Source: an uncultured Acidobacteriota bacterium (lineage in GTDB: Bacteria > Acidobacteriota > Thermoanaerobaculia > Multivoradales > JAHEKO01). Taken from it: a DNA stretch of 64,000 nt. The position numbers and the translations under genes were made by a program. The notes under the pieces were generated by a model. The model had not been told where the DNA came from. It did not search any database and worked only from the letters and a program-made list of their open reading frames with translations. Location: contig CAVQNG010000005.1 in NCBI GenBank assembly GCA_963713825.1, forward strand, positions 64,001 through 128,000. Reading direction: 5' to 3'. Shown piece after piece: positions 53,966-63,884 of this stretch (position 1 is the first letter of the stretch; each line of letters opens with the position of its first letter).

Positions 53966-55819
53966 TCAGCTCTCGGGATTTGGATCCGTCTCGACCTGGG
54001 CGGAAACCTCGGGCGGCGCCGGCGCTGGGCTGCGCCGATCCGGCGGTACGAGGAAGGGCTCCGGCGGATCGTTGATGTAGTGCGGCGACATGATTTGGAC
54101 ACCGTACTCGTTGAACACATCCTGAATATTCTTGTGCAGGGCCGACAGAACCTGGGGACGGTCCGGGGGATTCTCGATGACGGCTTTCAGTTTGTATTCC
54201 GGGTACCAATCCGAGAGGGATGTCTGCAGGACGAAAGGCGGTGGCTCCTTGCGCAGGCCTGGAGTCACGGCAGCAGCCTGTTCCAACATGGCATGAACTT
54301 GGCGCCAGGGAGCATCGTAGCCGATGGTCACTACGGTGCTGACCTGGACCCCTTCCTTGGAGAATCGGGTGTAGTTGACGGTCTCCTTCGAGATGACTAC
54401 CGCGTTCGGCACGGTGACCTCTTCACCTTCACGGGTCCGGACCTTGGTCGAGAGCATTCCCAATTGCAGGACTTCACCCTCGACGTCGCCGACGTGCACC
54501 CAATCGCCAATGCGGAGGGCCTTGGAGTACATCAGCATGAAGCCACTCATCGCCTGGTTGACGACTCCGCTCGAGCCGAGGGAGACCACGAGGCCGACGA
54601 AGACGCTCAATCCCTTGAAGGCATCTGTGCCGCTCCCTGGAAGGTAGGGGTAGGCCACGACGACCGCGAGAAGCCAAAGGGCGACCGTGGCCAGCTTCTT
54701 GGTCGGCTGGGCGGTATCGGCGTCCAACCCCGGGATTTGGAGCCGCCCTTCCTCGACTGCGGTGAAGGAGGCGCTCATCATGCGGGACAGTGTCCGGGTC
54801 AGGTAGTAGATCACTGCGACGATGAACAATCCCGGGATCGCGTCGATGATGCCGCCTGCGATCCAGGCGGCAACGTCGAGCAGATATCCGCCGAGTGCCT
54901 CGCCCCACGGGCGGGTATAGGGAAAGCGCTTGAGCACCGCAGTGAGCCACAAATAGGTGGAGACCAGAGCCAGCAGCACTCCGAGCGCCCGAGCTGCCCG
55001 ACCCGCGGACCTGATGATCTTGACGAGGTGATCGCTCTCTTTGGCGATCATGCCGGCGACCGAGTGCTTCAGCTTGCCGGCCGTGGCCAGCATGATCCTG
55101 CGCTGAAGGACCTTCTCCAAGCGGAGCAGGATCCAGATCCAGAGTACATAGACCAAGGTGATGACAACAGCCCAGCCCAAGCTGCGGAGCACTTGTCCTG
55201 GTTGCCGCAGGGCTTCGGCCTCCTCGATCGCCTTTTCGAGGTTGGTGATGGCCTCTTCGGCTCGGCTCTCCAGAGTCTCACCGGCAACCAGGTCCAGATC
55301 GGCCGTGGTGATAGCGAACATGGACTTGTGGGCGATGCGGATCATCACCCCTTGCTGGAAATAGACCGAATCGACTGGCGTGGTGCGACGCGTCTCCACC
55401 TGCTGCTCGACACGCTCGGAGGCTTCCTCTGCCCTGGTCTTGGGCAGATTGCCCAGAATCTGGGCCCGCAAGCGGGTGAGCCTCCGATTCATGTACTTCA
55501 CCTCGGCGTGGAGGTCAGAGGAGGCCGGGCGCAACAGTTCGTCCGGAACGTAGATCTGCCGGATCGATTCAGCGGAGATCTCCTTGTTCTGCACGATGTC
55601 GGCAATGACGGAAGAGGTGTCAGAGCCCGAGGGAGGTTTTGGCTCGGCCTGGGCTGGGTCGGTCGCTTGCCGCTCGGGCGTGGCTTTCGGTTCGACCTCC
55701 TGAGCCTGGAGGCCGGGGCCCAGGAGAAACAGCGTCATCAAGGTCAGGACCAAAGCAATGAGTAGCTGGCGCCCTACGGGGGTTGATGCTCGATGTGCTG
55801 TCAGACTCTGGGCAAGCAT
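53966..55819 (-). CDS. MscS-family mechanosensitive channel with N-terminal extracytoplasmic region
   Basis: YPYLPGS, RIGDWV, EEVTVPN, IGYDAPWRQV and QIMSPHY motifs. Confidence 0.92.
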   Translation of the reverse strand: MLAQSLTAHRASTPVGRQLLIALVLTLMTLFLLGPGLQAQEVEPKATPERQATDPAQAEPKPPSGSDTSSVIADIVQNKEISAESIRQIYVPDELLRPASSDLHAEVKYMNRRLTRLRAQILGNLPKTRAEEASERVEQQVETRRTTPVDSVYFQQGVMIRIAHKSMFAITTADLDLVAGETLESRAEEAITNLEKAIEEAEALRQPGQVLRSLGWAVVITLVYVLWIWILLRLEKVLQRRIMLATAGKLKHSVAGMIAKESDHLVKIIRSAGRAARALGVLLALVSTYLWLTAVLKRFPYTRPWGEALGGYLLDVAAWIAGGIIDAIPGLFIVAVIYYLTRTLSRMMSASFTAVEEGRLQIPGLDADTAQPTKKLATVALWLLAVVVAYPYLPGSGTDAFKGLSVFVGLVVSLGSSGVVNQAMSGFMLMYSKALRIGDWVHVGDVEGEVLQLGMLSTKVRTREGEEVTVPNAVVISKETVNYTRFSKEGVQVSTVVTIGYDAPWRQVHAMLEQAAAVTPGLRKEPPPFVLQTSLSDWYPEYKLKAVIENPPDRPQVLSALHKNIQDVFNEYGVQIMSPHYINDPPEPFLVPPDRRSPAPAPPEVSAQVETDPNPES

Positions 55820-55919
55820 GGCGACCTCCTGCTGGATCGGTCCAACTGCGATCTGGCGTTTCGCTGACAAGGAGTGCCTAGTCTATCGCCAGACTACGGC
55901 TGCGGTACTCTTGCTGATC

Positions 55920-57224
55920 ATGATGAAGAAGACTCTTGTTGTTGCCGTCCCAATTGTGACTTCGTTCCTCTTTCTCGCAGGTGAGCTCCAGGCTCGGGAC
56001 CCCGGACAAGGACTCGTTCAACGCCAGGCCGACGCCTACACGCGCTACGAGCTTCTCGAGCCCTCGAGCGAGAGTTTCAGGATTCTCTACGACGTAACGG
56101 CAACGACGTCGGGTGCGAGGTACTACTTCAATCCGATCCGCAAGGGCAGCGAGCCCACGGTGCACGCTGTAACCGACTTGGCTTCAGGTAGGCCGCTGGA
56201 ATGGAAGCTGGTGAGCGCCGAGGCGGCAGAGGCCTCCGGTCTCCTGGGATCGACTCACGACGGGCAGTTCATTCAGGTGTCGCTGGCACGTCCGGTATCG
56301 GAGGGTGGAGAAGGGCGGATTCGAATCGACAAGACCTACAAGGATCCGGCCAGCTACTTCGTCGAGGGACCAGGCATCGTCTTCGAGCGCAGCCTCGGGG
56401 TGCAGCGAAACGCCGTTGTTCTGCCGCCTGGTTTCGAATTGGTGGGCTGCGACTACCCGTCCCAGATTGCGACCGAGGAGGATGGGCGAATTCGTGTTTC
56501 CTTCATGGGCAGGGGAACCAGTGTGCCGCTCCGCCTGGTGGCGCGTCGATGGTCTGTCGGACCGAAGGCGCCCAGAAGCGAAACAGGACAAGGCTCGAAC
56601 AAGGGACAAATCGAGACCCGTGAGCCTGGGTCTCGTGCCGTTCCAGCCAGTGCTCGCACGGAATTCGCGGTCACAGAGCGAGCCTTCGAGGACCGGGAGA
56701 TCGTCTATTTCCTGCTCCAGCCCGAGACCCACTCCTTCAGGCTGTATCACGACTACACCGAGAAGCGGCCCGGGACCGACCGATACCTCAATGTAGTGCG
56801 CCCTGGAAGTCGCGCCAAAGAGCCCTCGGCGATGATTCTCGACTCAGGCGAAGTGCTCGAGGTAGAGACGCTCCGAGGACAAGAGATCATCGACAAGGGA
56901 CTCGATATCGGCGAGCCAGTGACGGCGGAGACGGAGGTCGTCGTGATCTGGTTCGACCCGGTGGGGGCAGGGGAGTCGAAGCGGCTTCGCATCGAGGAGA
57001 CCTACACCGATGCGGGTCGGTATGGTCTGAGCGGGGACGACCTGATCTGGGATCGGAGCTTCGGGCGGTCTCGCAATGTAGTCGTTCTGCCTGTTGGCTG
57101 GGCCCTGGCCGACAGTTCGGTGCCTGTGGTGGTGGACGAGACCGAGGCCGGAGAGATCCGGCTCCATTTCCAGAACGATCGACCCGGGGTCATCGAGGTC
57201 CTGATTCGCGCCCGGCGGAGATGA
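55920..57224 (+). CDS. Secreted hypothetical protein built from two homologous domains
   Basis: Signal peptide; Y.LL.P...SFR...D and F.RS.G..RN.VVLP.G each occur twice. Confidence 0.8.
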   Translation: MMKKTLVVAVPIVTSFLFLAGELQARDPGQGLVQRQADAYTRYELLEPSSESFRILYDVTATTSGARYYFNPIRKGSEPTVHAVTDLASGRPLEWKLVSAEAAEASGLLGSTHDGQFIQVSLARPVSEGGEGRIRIDKTYKDPASYFVEGPGIVFERSLGVQRNAVVLPPGFELVGCDYPSQIATEEDGRIRVSFMGRGTSVPLRLVARRWSVGPKAPRSETGQGSNKGQIETREPGSRAVPASARTEFAVTERAFEDREIVYFLLQPETHSFRLYHDYTEKRPGTDRYLNVVRPGSRAKEPSAMILDSGEVLEVETLRGQEIIDKGLDIGEPVTAETEVVVIWFDPVGAGESKRLRIEETYTDAGRYGLSGDDLIWDRSFGRSRNVVVLPVGWALADSSVPVVVDETEAGEIRLHFQNDRPGVIEVLIRARRR

Positions 57225-57476
57225 CTCCGCCCACCCGACCGTCCTGCGGCTTGGGTCCTGACCTGATGACCCTCATTCTTGTGAAGGTTCGTCCGGGTGG
57301 TCCGCAGGCGGACGGCGACGACTACTCAGACTGCGACGGGCGGGCCGTCACCTTGTCTCGTCATCGCGCCTCATCGGTTGGGCTCCATCGTGGCCCTTGC
57401 GCTGCGCTCGACGAGGCACCCCCTGTCGAACCACCCGAACGAACCTCGGGAACCGGACTGGGTAGTAGGGACGGAA

Positions 57477-57645
57477 GGACTTAAGAGCGTCAGGGCTTAG
57501 GGGCTAAGGGGTTGTGGGCCTCGTACGAGGTGATCCTCAGTGCCCAATGCCCCAAGGCATCCGCTGGCAGAGAGCCAGCGGTCTCAACCCCCAAGCCCTC
57601 AAAGATCACCCGGTGCAAAGCGCCGGATGCCTCAGCCCTATTGCC
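57477..57645. repeat. Intergenic octamer/hairpin composite repeat
   Basis: GGACTTAAGAGCG..GGGCTTAGGGGCTAAGGGG, then CCCAATGCCCCAAG, hairpin CCGCTGGC-AGAGA-GCCAGCGG, TCAACCCCCAAGCCCTCAA and hairpin CCGGTGC-AAA-GCGCCGG. Confidence 0.6.
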
Positions 57646-57718
57646 CAGGGTGGGAGGGCGGGGGCCTTTGATGTAGTATGCGCCAGTCTTAACCTTTCAA
57701 CTGTTTCGGAGGTGCGTC

Positions 57719-58039
57719 ATGGCCAAGTACATGATCAAGGTGTCGTATAGCGTCGAGGGAGCTCAAGGCCTCATCGAGGAAGGCGGCTCGAGTCGCAAGG
57801 CGATGGTGGCGAAGATGCTCGAGCAGATGGGTGGGAGCCTCGAGTCCTTCTATTTCTCCTTCGGTGAGGACGACGCCTACGTCATCGCCGAGGTGCCTGA
57901 CGCCATCTCATCGTTGGCCGTCAGCCTGGCGGTCAACGCTTCGGGTGCTGTCGGTATGGCGACGATCCCCCTGATCACTGCCGAGGAGATGGACGAAGCC
58001 TGCAAGAAGTCTGTCTCGTACCGTCCGCCGGGAGAGTAG
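57719..58039 (+). CDS. GYD domain-containing protein
   Basis: Y..EG..GL..EGGSSR and GG.LESFYFSFGEDD pattern; GGAGG RBS. Confidence 0.88.
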   Translation: MAKYMIKVSYSVEGAQGLIEEGGSSRKAMVAKMLEQMGGSLESFYFSFGEDDAYVIAEVPDAISSLAVSLAVNASGAVGMATIPLITAEEMDEACKKSVSYRPPGE

Positions 58040-58047
58040 CGAGAGGG

Positions 58048-58992
58048 ATGGCTGGTGTAGGTGAGAACGTGGGCACGGCTCTCTCGCGTCGGCAGGCCAT
58101 GGGCTTGCTGGCGGGGGCCGGTCTGGCTGCGACGATCGGCCCGCGAGCTGGGCGCGCGGAGCCGTCGTGGATCAAGCGGCCGATTCCCTCGACCGGGGAG
58201 GAGCTGCCGGTCGTCGGTCTGGGCACATGGCAGGCATTCGATGTCGGCAACTCGGCTGCGGAGCTCGAGCCGCGACGACAGGTCCTGGCCCGATTCGCCG
58301 AGCGAGGCGCCAAGGTCATCGATTCGTCGCCGATGTATGGCCGAGCCGAGGCAACTGTCGGCGCACTTGTGGCGCAGCTGAGCATCCGGCCGGACCTTTT
58401 CCTGGCCACCAAGGTCTGGACCTCCGGCGAGGGTGCAGGTATTGCGGAGATGAACCGGTCGTTCGATCGCCTGGGAGTCGAAAGCCTCGAACTGATGCAG
58501 GTCCACAACCTGGTCGACGTCGAGACCCACCTCGACACCCTCGCGGAGTGGCAGGCCGCTGGTCGTGTGCGTTACGTCGGGATCACCCACTATGTATCTG
58601 CGGCCTACCCTGACATCGAACAGGTTGCGAAGACCCGGAAGCTCGATTTCGTCCAGTTGAACTACTCCCTACTCGAGCGGGAAGCGGAGCAGCGAATCCT
58701 GGATGTCCTGGCCGACCGAGGCGTGGGAGTGATCGTCAATCGGCCCTACGCCGGCGGCAGTGTATTTCAGCAGGTCCGCGGTGCAGAGTTACCCGAGTGG
58801 GCAGACGAGATCGGTTGTGCCAGTTGGGGACAGTTCTTCTTGAAGTACATTCTCGGGCACCCGGCGGTCACCTGTGTGATTCCTGGAACCTCGAAGGTCG
58901 GACACCTGGACGACAACCTGGATGCCGGGACCGGAGTGCTTCCCGATGCGAATCTGCGCCGCCGCATGGCCGAGCACTTCGACCAACTCTGA
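58048..58992 (+). CDS. Aldo/keto reductase with twin-arginine-like leader
   Basis: SRRQAM leader; GLGTW, IDSSPMYG, ATKVW, QVHN, QLNYS and IPGT motifs. Confidence 0.92.
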   Translation: MAGVGENVGTALSRRQAMGLLAGAGLAATIGPRAGRAEPSWIKRPIPSTGEELPVVGLGTWQAFDVGNSAAELEPRRQVLARFAERGAKVIDSSPMYGRAEATVGALVAQLSIRPDLFLATKVWTSGEGAGIAEMNRSFDRLGVESLELMQVHNLVDVETHLDTLAEWQAAGRVRYVGITHYVSAAYPDIEQVAKTRKLDFVQLNYSLLEREAEQRILDVLADRGVGVIVNRPYAGGSVFQQVRGAELPEWADEIGCASWGQFFLKYILGHPAVTCVIPGTSKVGHLDDNLDAGTGVLPDANLRRRMAEHFDQL

Positions 58993-59190
58993 AGATCTGG
59001 GCCTGTCGAAATCAACCGAGACGAATTTTCTGGGATGGAGTACACTGTATCGTTGGGTAATGGCACTGTCGAATCGAGCCCAGGGGTCCCGACAAGGCGG
59101 ATCACTCTCGACCTCTACTCTCAGCAGGCAAGTCTCTGAACCTCGAATCTTGGATGAAAAGCCATTTGCGGATGGCTCTGGCCTGAATCT

Positions 59191-60888
59191 ATGACCACGG
59201 AAACCCAACAGCACCCGGCGATTCGCAAGCTCCTCCAGCTCGGTCTCAGCAAGGGCTACTTGTTGAGCGACGAGATCTTCGCAATTCTTCCCGAGGAGAT
59301 GCTCGACACCGTCACGGAATTGGACAGTGTCTACCGCCAACTGCGCGAGCTCGACATTCCACTGGTCGATCGGCCGGAGAAGCACCAGAGTCGAGGCCTG
59401 CAGGAATCGACAGCCCAGGACTTCGAGTCCGCCAGCGAGACCCCCGAAGTGATCGCTGCAGACCCGGTGGCCACTCAGGATCCGACGCGGATCTACTTGC
59501 GGAACATGGCAGCCTTTCCGCTGCTCGATCGTCATGGCGAGATCGAGATCGCCCGCCGCATCGAACGGGGAGAACAACATATCTTCCAGGCTCTCGGCGG
59601 CAGCCCCGACCTGTTGCGAAGACTGCTACAGATGGACGCCCTGGCCGAGGAGAGAGGCTTGGCGCCAGACACGGCGGCCCTCGTCGAGTTGAGCGAACAG
59701 GACTTGAGCTCCCGGGCGCGCAAACGGGTTGAATCGATGCTCACAGCCTTCGAGTCGATGGCGGCACAGGGCGCCGAGATCGACGAGCTCAGGAGTGAGC
59801 AGCGGCTTCTGCAGCGGGACGACGAGCGCTATCAGGTCCTGGAGAGGCAGATCGATCGAACCGTCGGCAAAGTCGCCAAAAAGGTGCAGACGATTTCCAA
59901 CAATGGCGAAACCCGACGCCGCCTGGTCGATCTGCTCGATCAGATCAGCCGCCAGTTCAAGGTTCTCGAGCAGTCTCTGCGCCGGGCGCAGAAGGCTCTC
60001 GAGCGGGAGAGCCACGGGGAGATGCAGGCTCTCCAGAAACGCCGCATCGAGAAGTATCGGGCGGAGATTCGATCGATCGAGAAGCGCTTCAGCTGCAAGC
60101 GTACTGCTGTGTCGGCGACCCTCAAGCAACTGCGCGTCGGTGAGACCGAGGCCGAGATGGCGAAGCAGGAGCTGCTGCTCGCGAATCTTCGGTTGGTGAT
60201 CTCGGTGGCCAAGAAGTACACCTACCGGGGCCTGCAGTTTCTGGACCTGATCCAGGAAGGCAATCTGGGTCTGATGCGGGCGATCGAGAAGTTCGACTAC
60301 CGGCGTGGCTTCAAGTTCTCCACCTACGCTCACTGGTGGATCCGGCAGTCGATCACCAGAGCCATTTCTGATCAGTCCCGAACGGTGCGGATTCCGGTCC
60401 ACATCATCGAGAGCATGAACAAACTCGGCCAGACGAGTCACTCCCTGCGGCTCGAGCTGGGTCGCGAGCCGACGCCAGAAGAGTTGGGACACGATCTCGG
60501 ATTGACTCCTGCCAAGGTGCGGAGCCTGCAACGAATCGCCGCCCAGCCGATTTCGCTCGAAACGCCGATCGGCAGCGATGAGGACCGGCACCTGGAGGAC
60601 CTTCTACAGGACTTCGAGGCGCCATCTCCGGCGGACACCGCTATCGAGGCCGACCGGCGCGAGAAGATCAGCGACGTTTTGCGAGAGCTGAGCCCGCGGG
60701 AGGAGCGGGTGCTCAGAATGCGCTTCGGGCTCGGAGTCGACGACGAGCACACCCTGGAAGAGGTAGGGCGAACCTTCGACGTGACGCGCGAGAGGATTCG
60801 TCAGATCGAATCCAGCGCCATCAAGAAGCTCCGCCACGCCAGCCGTGCCAGGAAGCTGCACCTCCTGATCGACGACAACAACGGATAG
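59191..60888 (+). CDS. rpoD: RpoD-like (group 1/2) sigma-70 factor, probably a paralogue of the housekeeping sigma
   Basis: Region 1.1 (KGYL...I), [55 protein letters not shown]. Confidence 0.85.
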   Translation: MTTETQQHPAIRKLLQLGLSKGYLLSDEIFAILPEEMLDTVTELDSVYRQLRELDIPLVDRPEKHQSRGLQESTAQDFESASETPEVIAADPVATQDPTRIYLRNMAAFPLLDRHGEIEIARRIERGEQHIFQALGGSPDLLRRLLQMDALAEERGLAPDTAALVELSEQDLSSRARKRVESMLTAFESMAAQGAEIDELRSEQRLLQRDDERYQVLERQIDRTVGKVAKKVQTISNNGETRRRLVDLLDQISRQFKVLEQSLRRAQKALERESHGEMQALQKRRIEKYRAEIRSIEKRFSCKRTAVSATLKQLRVGETEAEMAKQELLLANLRLVISVAKKYTYRGLQFLDLIQEGNLGLMRAIEKFDYRRGFKFSTYAHWWIRQSITRAISDQSRTVRIPVHIIESMNKLGQTSHSLRLELGREPTPEELGHDLGLTPAKVRSLQRIAAQPISLETPIGSDEDRHLEDLLQDFEAPSPADTAIEADRREKISDVLRELSPREERVLRMRFGLGVDDEHTLEEVGRTFDVTRERIRQIESSAIKKLRHASRARKLHLLIDDNNG

Positions 60889-60913
60889 GCCCCACCCGAC
60901 CGCTCTGAGGTTT

Positions 60914-60946
60914 GAGACGGCCGTTGTTTCTCCGGCCGGTTCTTTT
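60914..60946 (+). terminator. Possible rho-independent terminator
   Basis: CGGCCG stem with extension, followed by TCTTTT, between convergent genes. Confidence 0.45.
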
Positions 60947-61027
60947 GAGGGCTGGGGGCAATAAGGGCCCTGCCCCCGCCCCAACGATCTGACGCGAGAG
61001 CTGCCAACGGACGTCAGGATCGTAGTG

Positions 61028-62482
61028 CTACAGCTTGATCCAGCACCACTCCTGGCTGTAGGGCACGCGACTCATGCGGTAGCCGGATTTCAGACCCACG
61101 ACGATCGTGTCACTCCAATTGAAGCCACAGCCGTTCTCGGGGTCGTAGAGTCCTGGTTCCTCCGAAAAGCACATATTGCGCTGCAGCATCTTGAAGTCGC
61201 CTAGGGCGATGTAGGGGGGCTGGTGCCCTTCCGAGCCCGCCCCGTGGGCTGGTCGATGGTAGATGTACTCCTGCACCCCCTGCTCGACCTGATACTTGTG
61301 AATCAGATAGGCGACAGATGAGCAGGTCACGCCCTCCACGGAGAGCTCCATTTGCATGTCGCAGGTGTGCTTGCTGACTTCCCAGAGCTGGCGCATGTGG
61401 GGGTCGAAGTTGCCAGACTTGTCGGCGATGATGTAGGGCCTGTAGTTTTCGTGCCCGTAGCCGCCAATGCGCGCGCCGCCCGAGACCTGCAACGCCATGC
61501 CATGGCCGATGCGGTTGTAGTAGGGCTGGTTGGGGTGGGGATAGCCCGTCACCGTGCCAGCGCGACAGCCGATTCCGACGCCGCTGGCGACGCCATGGTG
61601 CGGTAGGCCGCCGGCGAGGTCGAGGTCGGAGTAGAGCTGATCGTTGGCCCAGAGCTCTGTGGCGACCTGGACCTCGTAGTCGGTGACGTCCGTACCGTGG
61701 GTGAGTATGTAGTCCCGAGCAAAGGCGTGGGCTCGATCGAAGTAGACGTAGGCCCGTCGCCAAAGAGCCAGCTCCTCGTCGGTCTTGACCTGCCGCATGT
61801 CCATGAGGATGTCGGAAATATCTACCCAGTCAATGCCTGGCAGCACTTCCTTGGCCTTGTTGAGCTCGGACTGATAGAGCTCTCCATCGATGCCGATGCG
61901 GGTCCCCTGGATGCCATGCTCCTTGAGCCCTTCCAGCATGAATTTGAAAAGGTCCACCGTGTTGCCTTGCTGTACCTTCCCCTCATTGGGAAAACCGCCA
62001 TCGGCGTGCAGATAGTCGAAGTACATTCGACCGCCGCCGAACCACCACGACTTGACGATGTCGCGATCGAGGCCGGGGTAGAAGAACCAGGGGTCGGCGT
62101 CGTCCCGGTTCATGAAAGTGGCCTGTGGGCGCTCGGTCGGTGTGTGCCAGTAGCCAGTCAAGTAGATGATGTTGAGGCGGTCGCGAACCATGAAGGCCTC
62201 GATGTCCCGTTCGGCCAGCTTCTCCTTGAATCGGGCCACGGTCTTCTTGTTCCACTCCAGGGGTAGCCGGTCCGTGACGGCTGGTTCTGGTGGTCCTTCT
62301 TCGTTGGGCTGAGGTCCGAGGAGTAACTTCTCGCTCGGCCCACCCGCCTGCGCCTTGAGGGCGCCGGTCAGTGTTGCCGTCGAGCCCTGCGCGGACGCTA
62401 CCTTGTCGAAACGACTCAGAAAGCCGCTCCCCAGAAGCGCCAGTGTGCCGCCCTTCAGTACCTGTCTGCGGGGATAATCCAT
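61028..62482 (-). CDS. M24/creatinase-fold protein with Tat signal
   Basis: PRRQVLK leader; NIIYLTGY, RQVKTDEEL, HG.G and EPGLY motifs. Confidence 0.88.
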   Translation of the reverse strand: MDYPRRQVLKGGTLALLGSGFLSRFDKVASAQGSTATLTGALKAQAGGPSEKLLLGPQPNEEGPPEPAVTDRLPLEWNKKTVARFKEKLAERDIEAFMVRDRLNIIYLTGYWHTPTERPQATFMNRDDADPWFFYPGLDRDIVKSWWFGGGRMYFDYLHADGGFPNEGKVQQGNTVDLFKFMLEGLKEHGIQGTRIGIDGELYQSELNKAKEVLPGIDWVDISDILMDMRQVKTDEELALWRRAYVYFDRAHAFARDYILTHGTDVTDYEVQVATELWANDQLYSDLDLAGGLPHHGVASGVGIGCRAGTVTGYPHPNQPYYNRIGHGMALQVSGGARIGGYGHENYRPYIIADKSGNFDPHMRQLWEVSKHTCDMQMELSVEGVTCSSVAYLIHKYQVEQGVQEYIYHRPAHGAGSEGHQPPYIALGDFKMLQRNMCFSEEPGLYDPENGCGFNWSDTIVVGLKSGYRMSRVPYSQEWCWIKL

Positions 62483-62513
62483 GGTCCCTCCTCCATGGTG
62501 ATGGTTGGAATAC

Positions 62514-62852
62514 CTACTCGAATGAGGCGATGGCCTCTTGCTCGTCGTCGAAGTGTTCGAACAACTGGAGAACCTGCGTAATCTCGAGCACGTCGTAGAT
62601 CTTGCGCGGGATCTTCAGGAGCTTGAAGGATCCATCTCGGTCGGTGGTACTGGTGAGGCAGTGCACCAGCTTGCCGATGCCGGAGGAGTCCATGAAGCTG
62701 ACACCTTCGAGGTTCATGAGGATCTTCCCAGTGCCTGTATCCAGAACTTCCACGACCGTATTGTGGATCTCGTCGGCACCCCCCGCCAGGGCAATCTTGC
62801 CCTCCGGTTCGATGACCGTGACGCCTGCGTTGAGTCGGGTGGGGAACGACAT
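62514..62852 (-). CDS. STAS-domain anti-sigma-factor antagonist
   Basis: V.FMDSSGIG.L phosphoserine motif; AAGGAGG RBS before ATG 62852. Confidence 0.92.
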   Translation of the reverse strand: MSFPTRLNAGVTVIEPEGKIALAGGADEIHNTVVEVLDTGTGKILMNLEGVSFMDSSGIGKLVHCLTSTTDRDGSFKLLKIPRKIYDVLEITQVLQLFEHFDDEQEAIASFE

Positions 62853-62920
62853 GTACGGGCCTCCTTGAGTAGTGTTTCCGAGTTGCGTCGCTAGCATAGC
62901 AACTCGGACCGCCTCGGGGA

Positions 62921-63880
62921 TCAGAATTCGGGTGTCTGTTCGAAAGGCAGCTCGGTGACCGTCTCTTCTTCGAAGGTGACCTCCACCATGTCGGTTCTGG
63001 CCGGTGGGGAATGACTGATATTGCCGACATAGTAGAAGCCATCGTAGCCGGTCTCGGCCACTTCCCCGTAGATGTAGATGCTGTTCGGCTCTCCCCAGCC
63101 GCCGCCCGTTATGGGCACGGCCAAGCAATCGTTTTCATGTTGGGTCGTGCACATCCAGGCGGTGCCGCCGGAATGGGCGAGAGCCAGAGACAGAAGCCTC
63201 CATTCTGGGTTCCACTGCGAGAGCCTGAAGCCCATGGGCTTGTAGTCGGGGTCCGTTTCCGAGCCAGGGATCATCCGGTTGTGAGTCAAACCGGTCAGCG
63301 CGATAAACAGATCCGCATCGAGCTCTTCGATGGCTTCCCAGACCGCCACTGCCATCGGGCGCTCGACGGCCGTCAGGTTCTGGCGAGTCACGGAGTCGAC
63401 ATCGGGCGGTACGAAGAGTCGGAGCTCCACCTCACCGCCCTGGGCTCTGAGGGCGCGGATCGATTCGAGCAGTGCGACCATGGATTCACTGAAGCGCCCA
63501 TCCAGATAGCGGGTCAGCTCATGAGCATCCGCCAATAGTCGCCGCCGATCGTCTCGCGAGCCCTCGGAGTCGAGATACCTGGCGATGACGCCGCTTTCGA
63601 ACTCTGGGAGTTGCAGAGCAAGCGCTGCCGATCGTCCCGAGGCGACCGCGTTGCAGAGGAGGTCGGCCACGAATTGCGGGCTCTCCACCGTGCCGTGAAT
63701 CTCGCCGAGGAGCAAGACCGTGCGCTCCTTCAGGAGATAATCGAGGCCGCCGATCGTCGAACAGTCGAAGGAACCGCGGTTCGGCTCCGCCGCTTGTAGC
63801 TCCGAAGGTGAAGTCACCGCCACGGTGGCCAGGACGAAGGCAACGGCTAGGCCTGCGGCTGCAAGTCGCGATCTGATCAT
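62921..63880 (-). CDS. Secreted EreA/ChaN-like fold hypothetical protein
   Basis: Signal peptide; LLGEIHG, TG..H, PMG, GGTAW.C and GYDG...VG motifs. Confidence 0.7.
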   Translation of the reverse strand: MIRSRLAAAGLAVAFVLATVAVTSPSELQAAEPNRGSFDCSTIGGLDYLLKERTVLLLGEIHGTVESPQFVADLLCNAVASGRSAALALQLPEFESGVIARYLDSEGSRDDRRRLLADAHELTRYLDGRFSESMVALLESIRALRAQGGEVELRLFVPPDVDSVTRQNLTAVERPMAVAVWEAIEELDADLFIALTGLTHNRMIPGSETDPDYKPMGFRLSQWNPEWRLLSLALAHSGGTAWMCTTQHENDCLAVPITGGGWGEPNSIYIYGEVAETGYDGFYYVGNISHSPPARTDMVEVTFEEETVTELPFEQTPEF

Positions 63881-63884
63881 CGGC

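Noticed and set aside
17473-57645. CRISPR array or integron attC sites
   Set aside because: No regularly spaced identical repeats with unique spacers, no cas or intI gene, and the hairpins lack a consistent attC core pattern.
63863-63880. MIRSRL start as another kinase stub
   Set aside because: Only ATGATC matches, and it begins a normal signal peptide.
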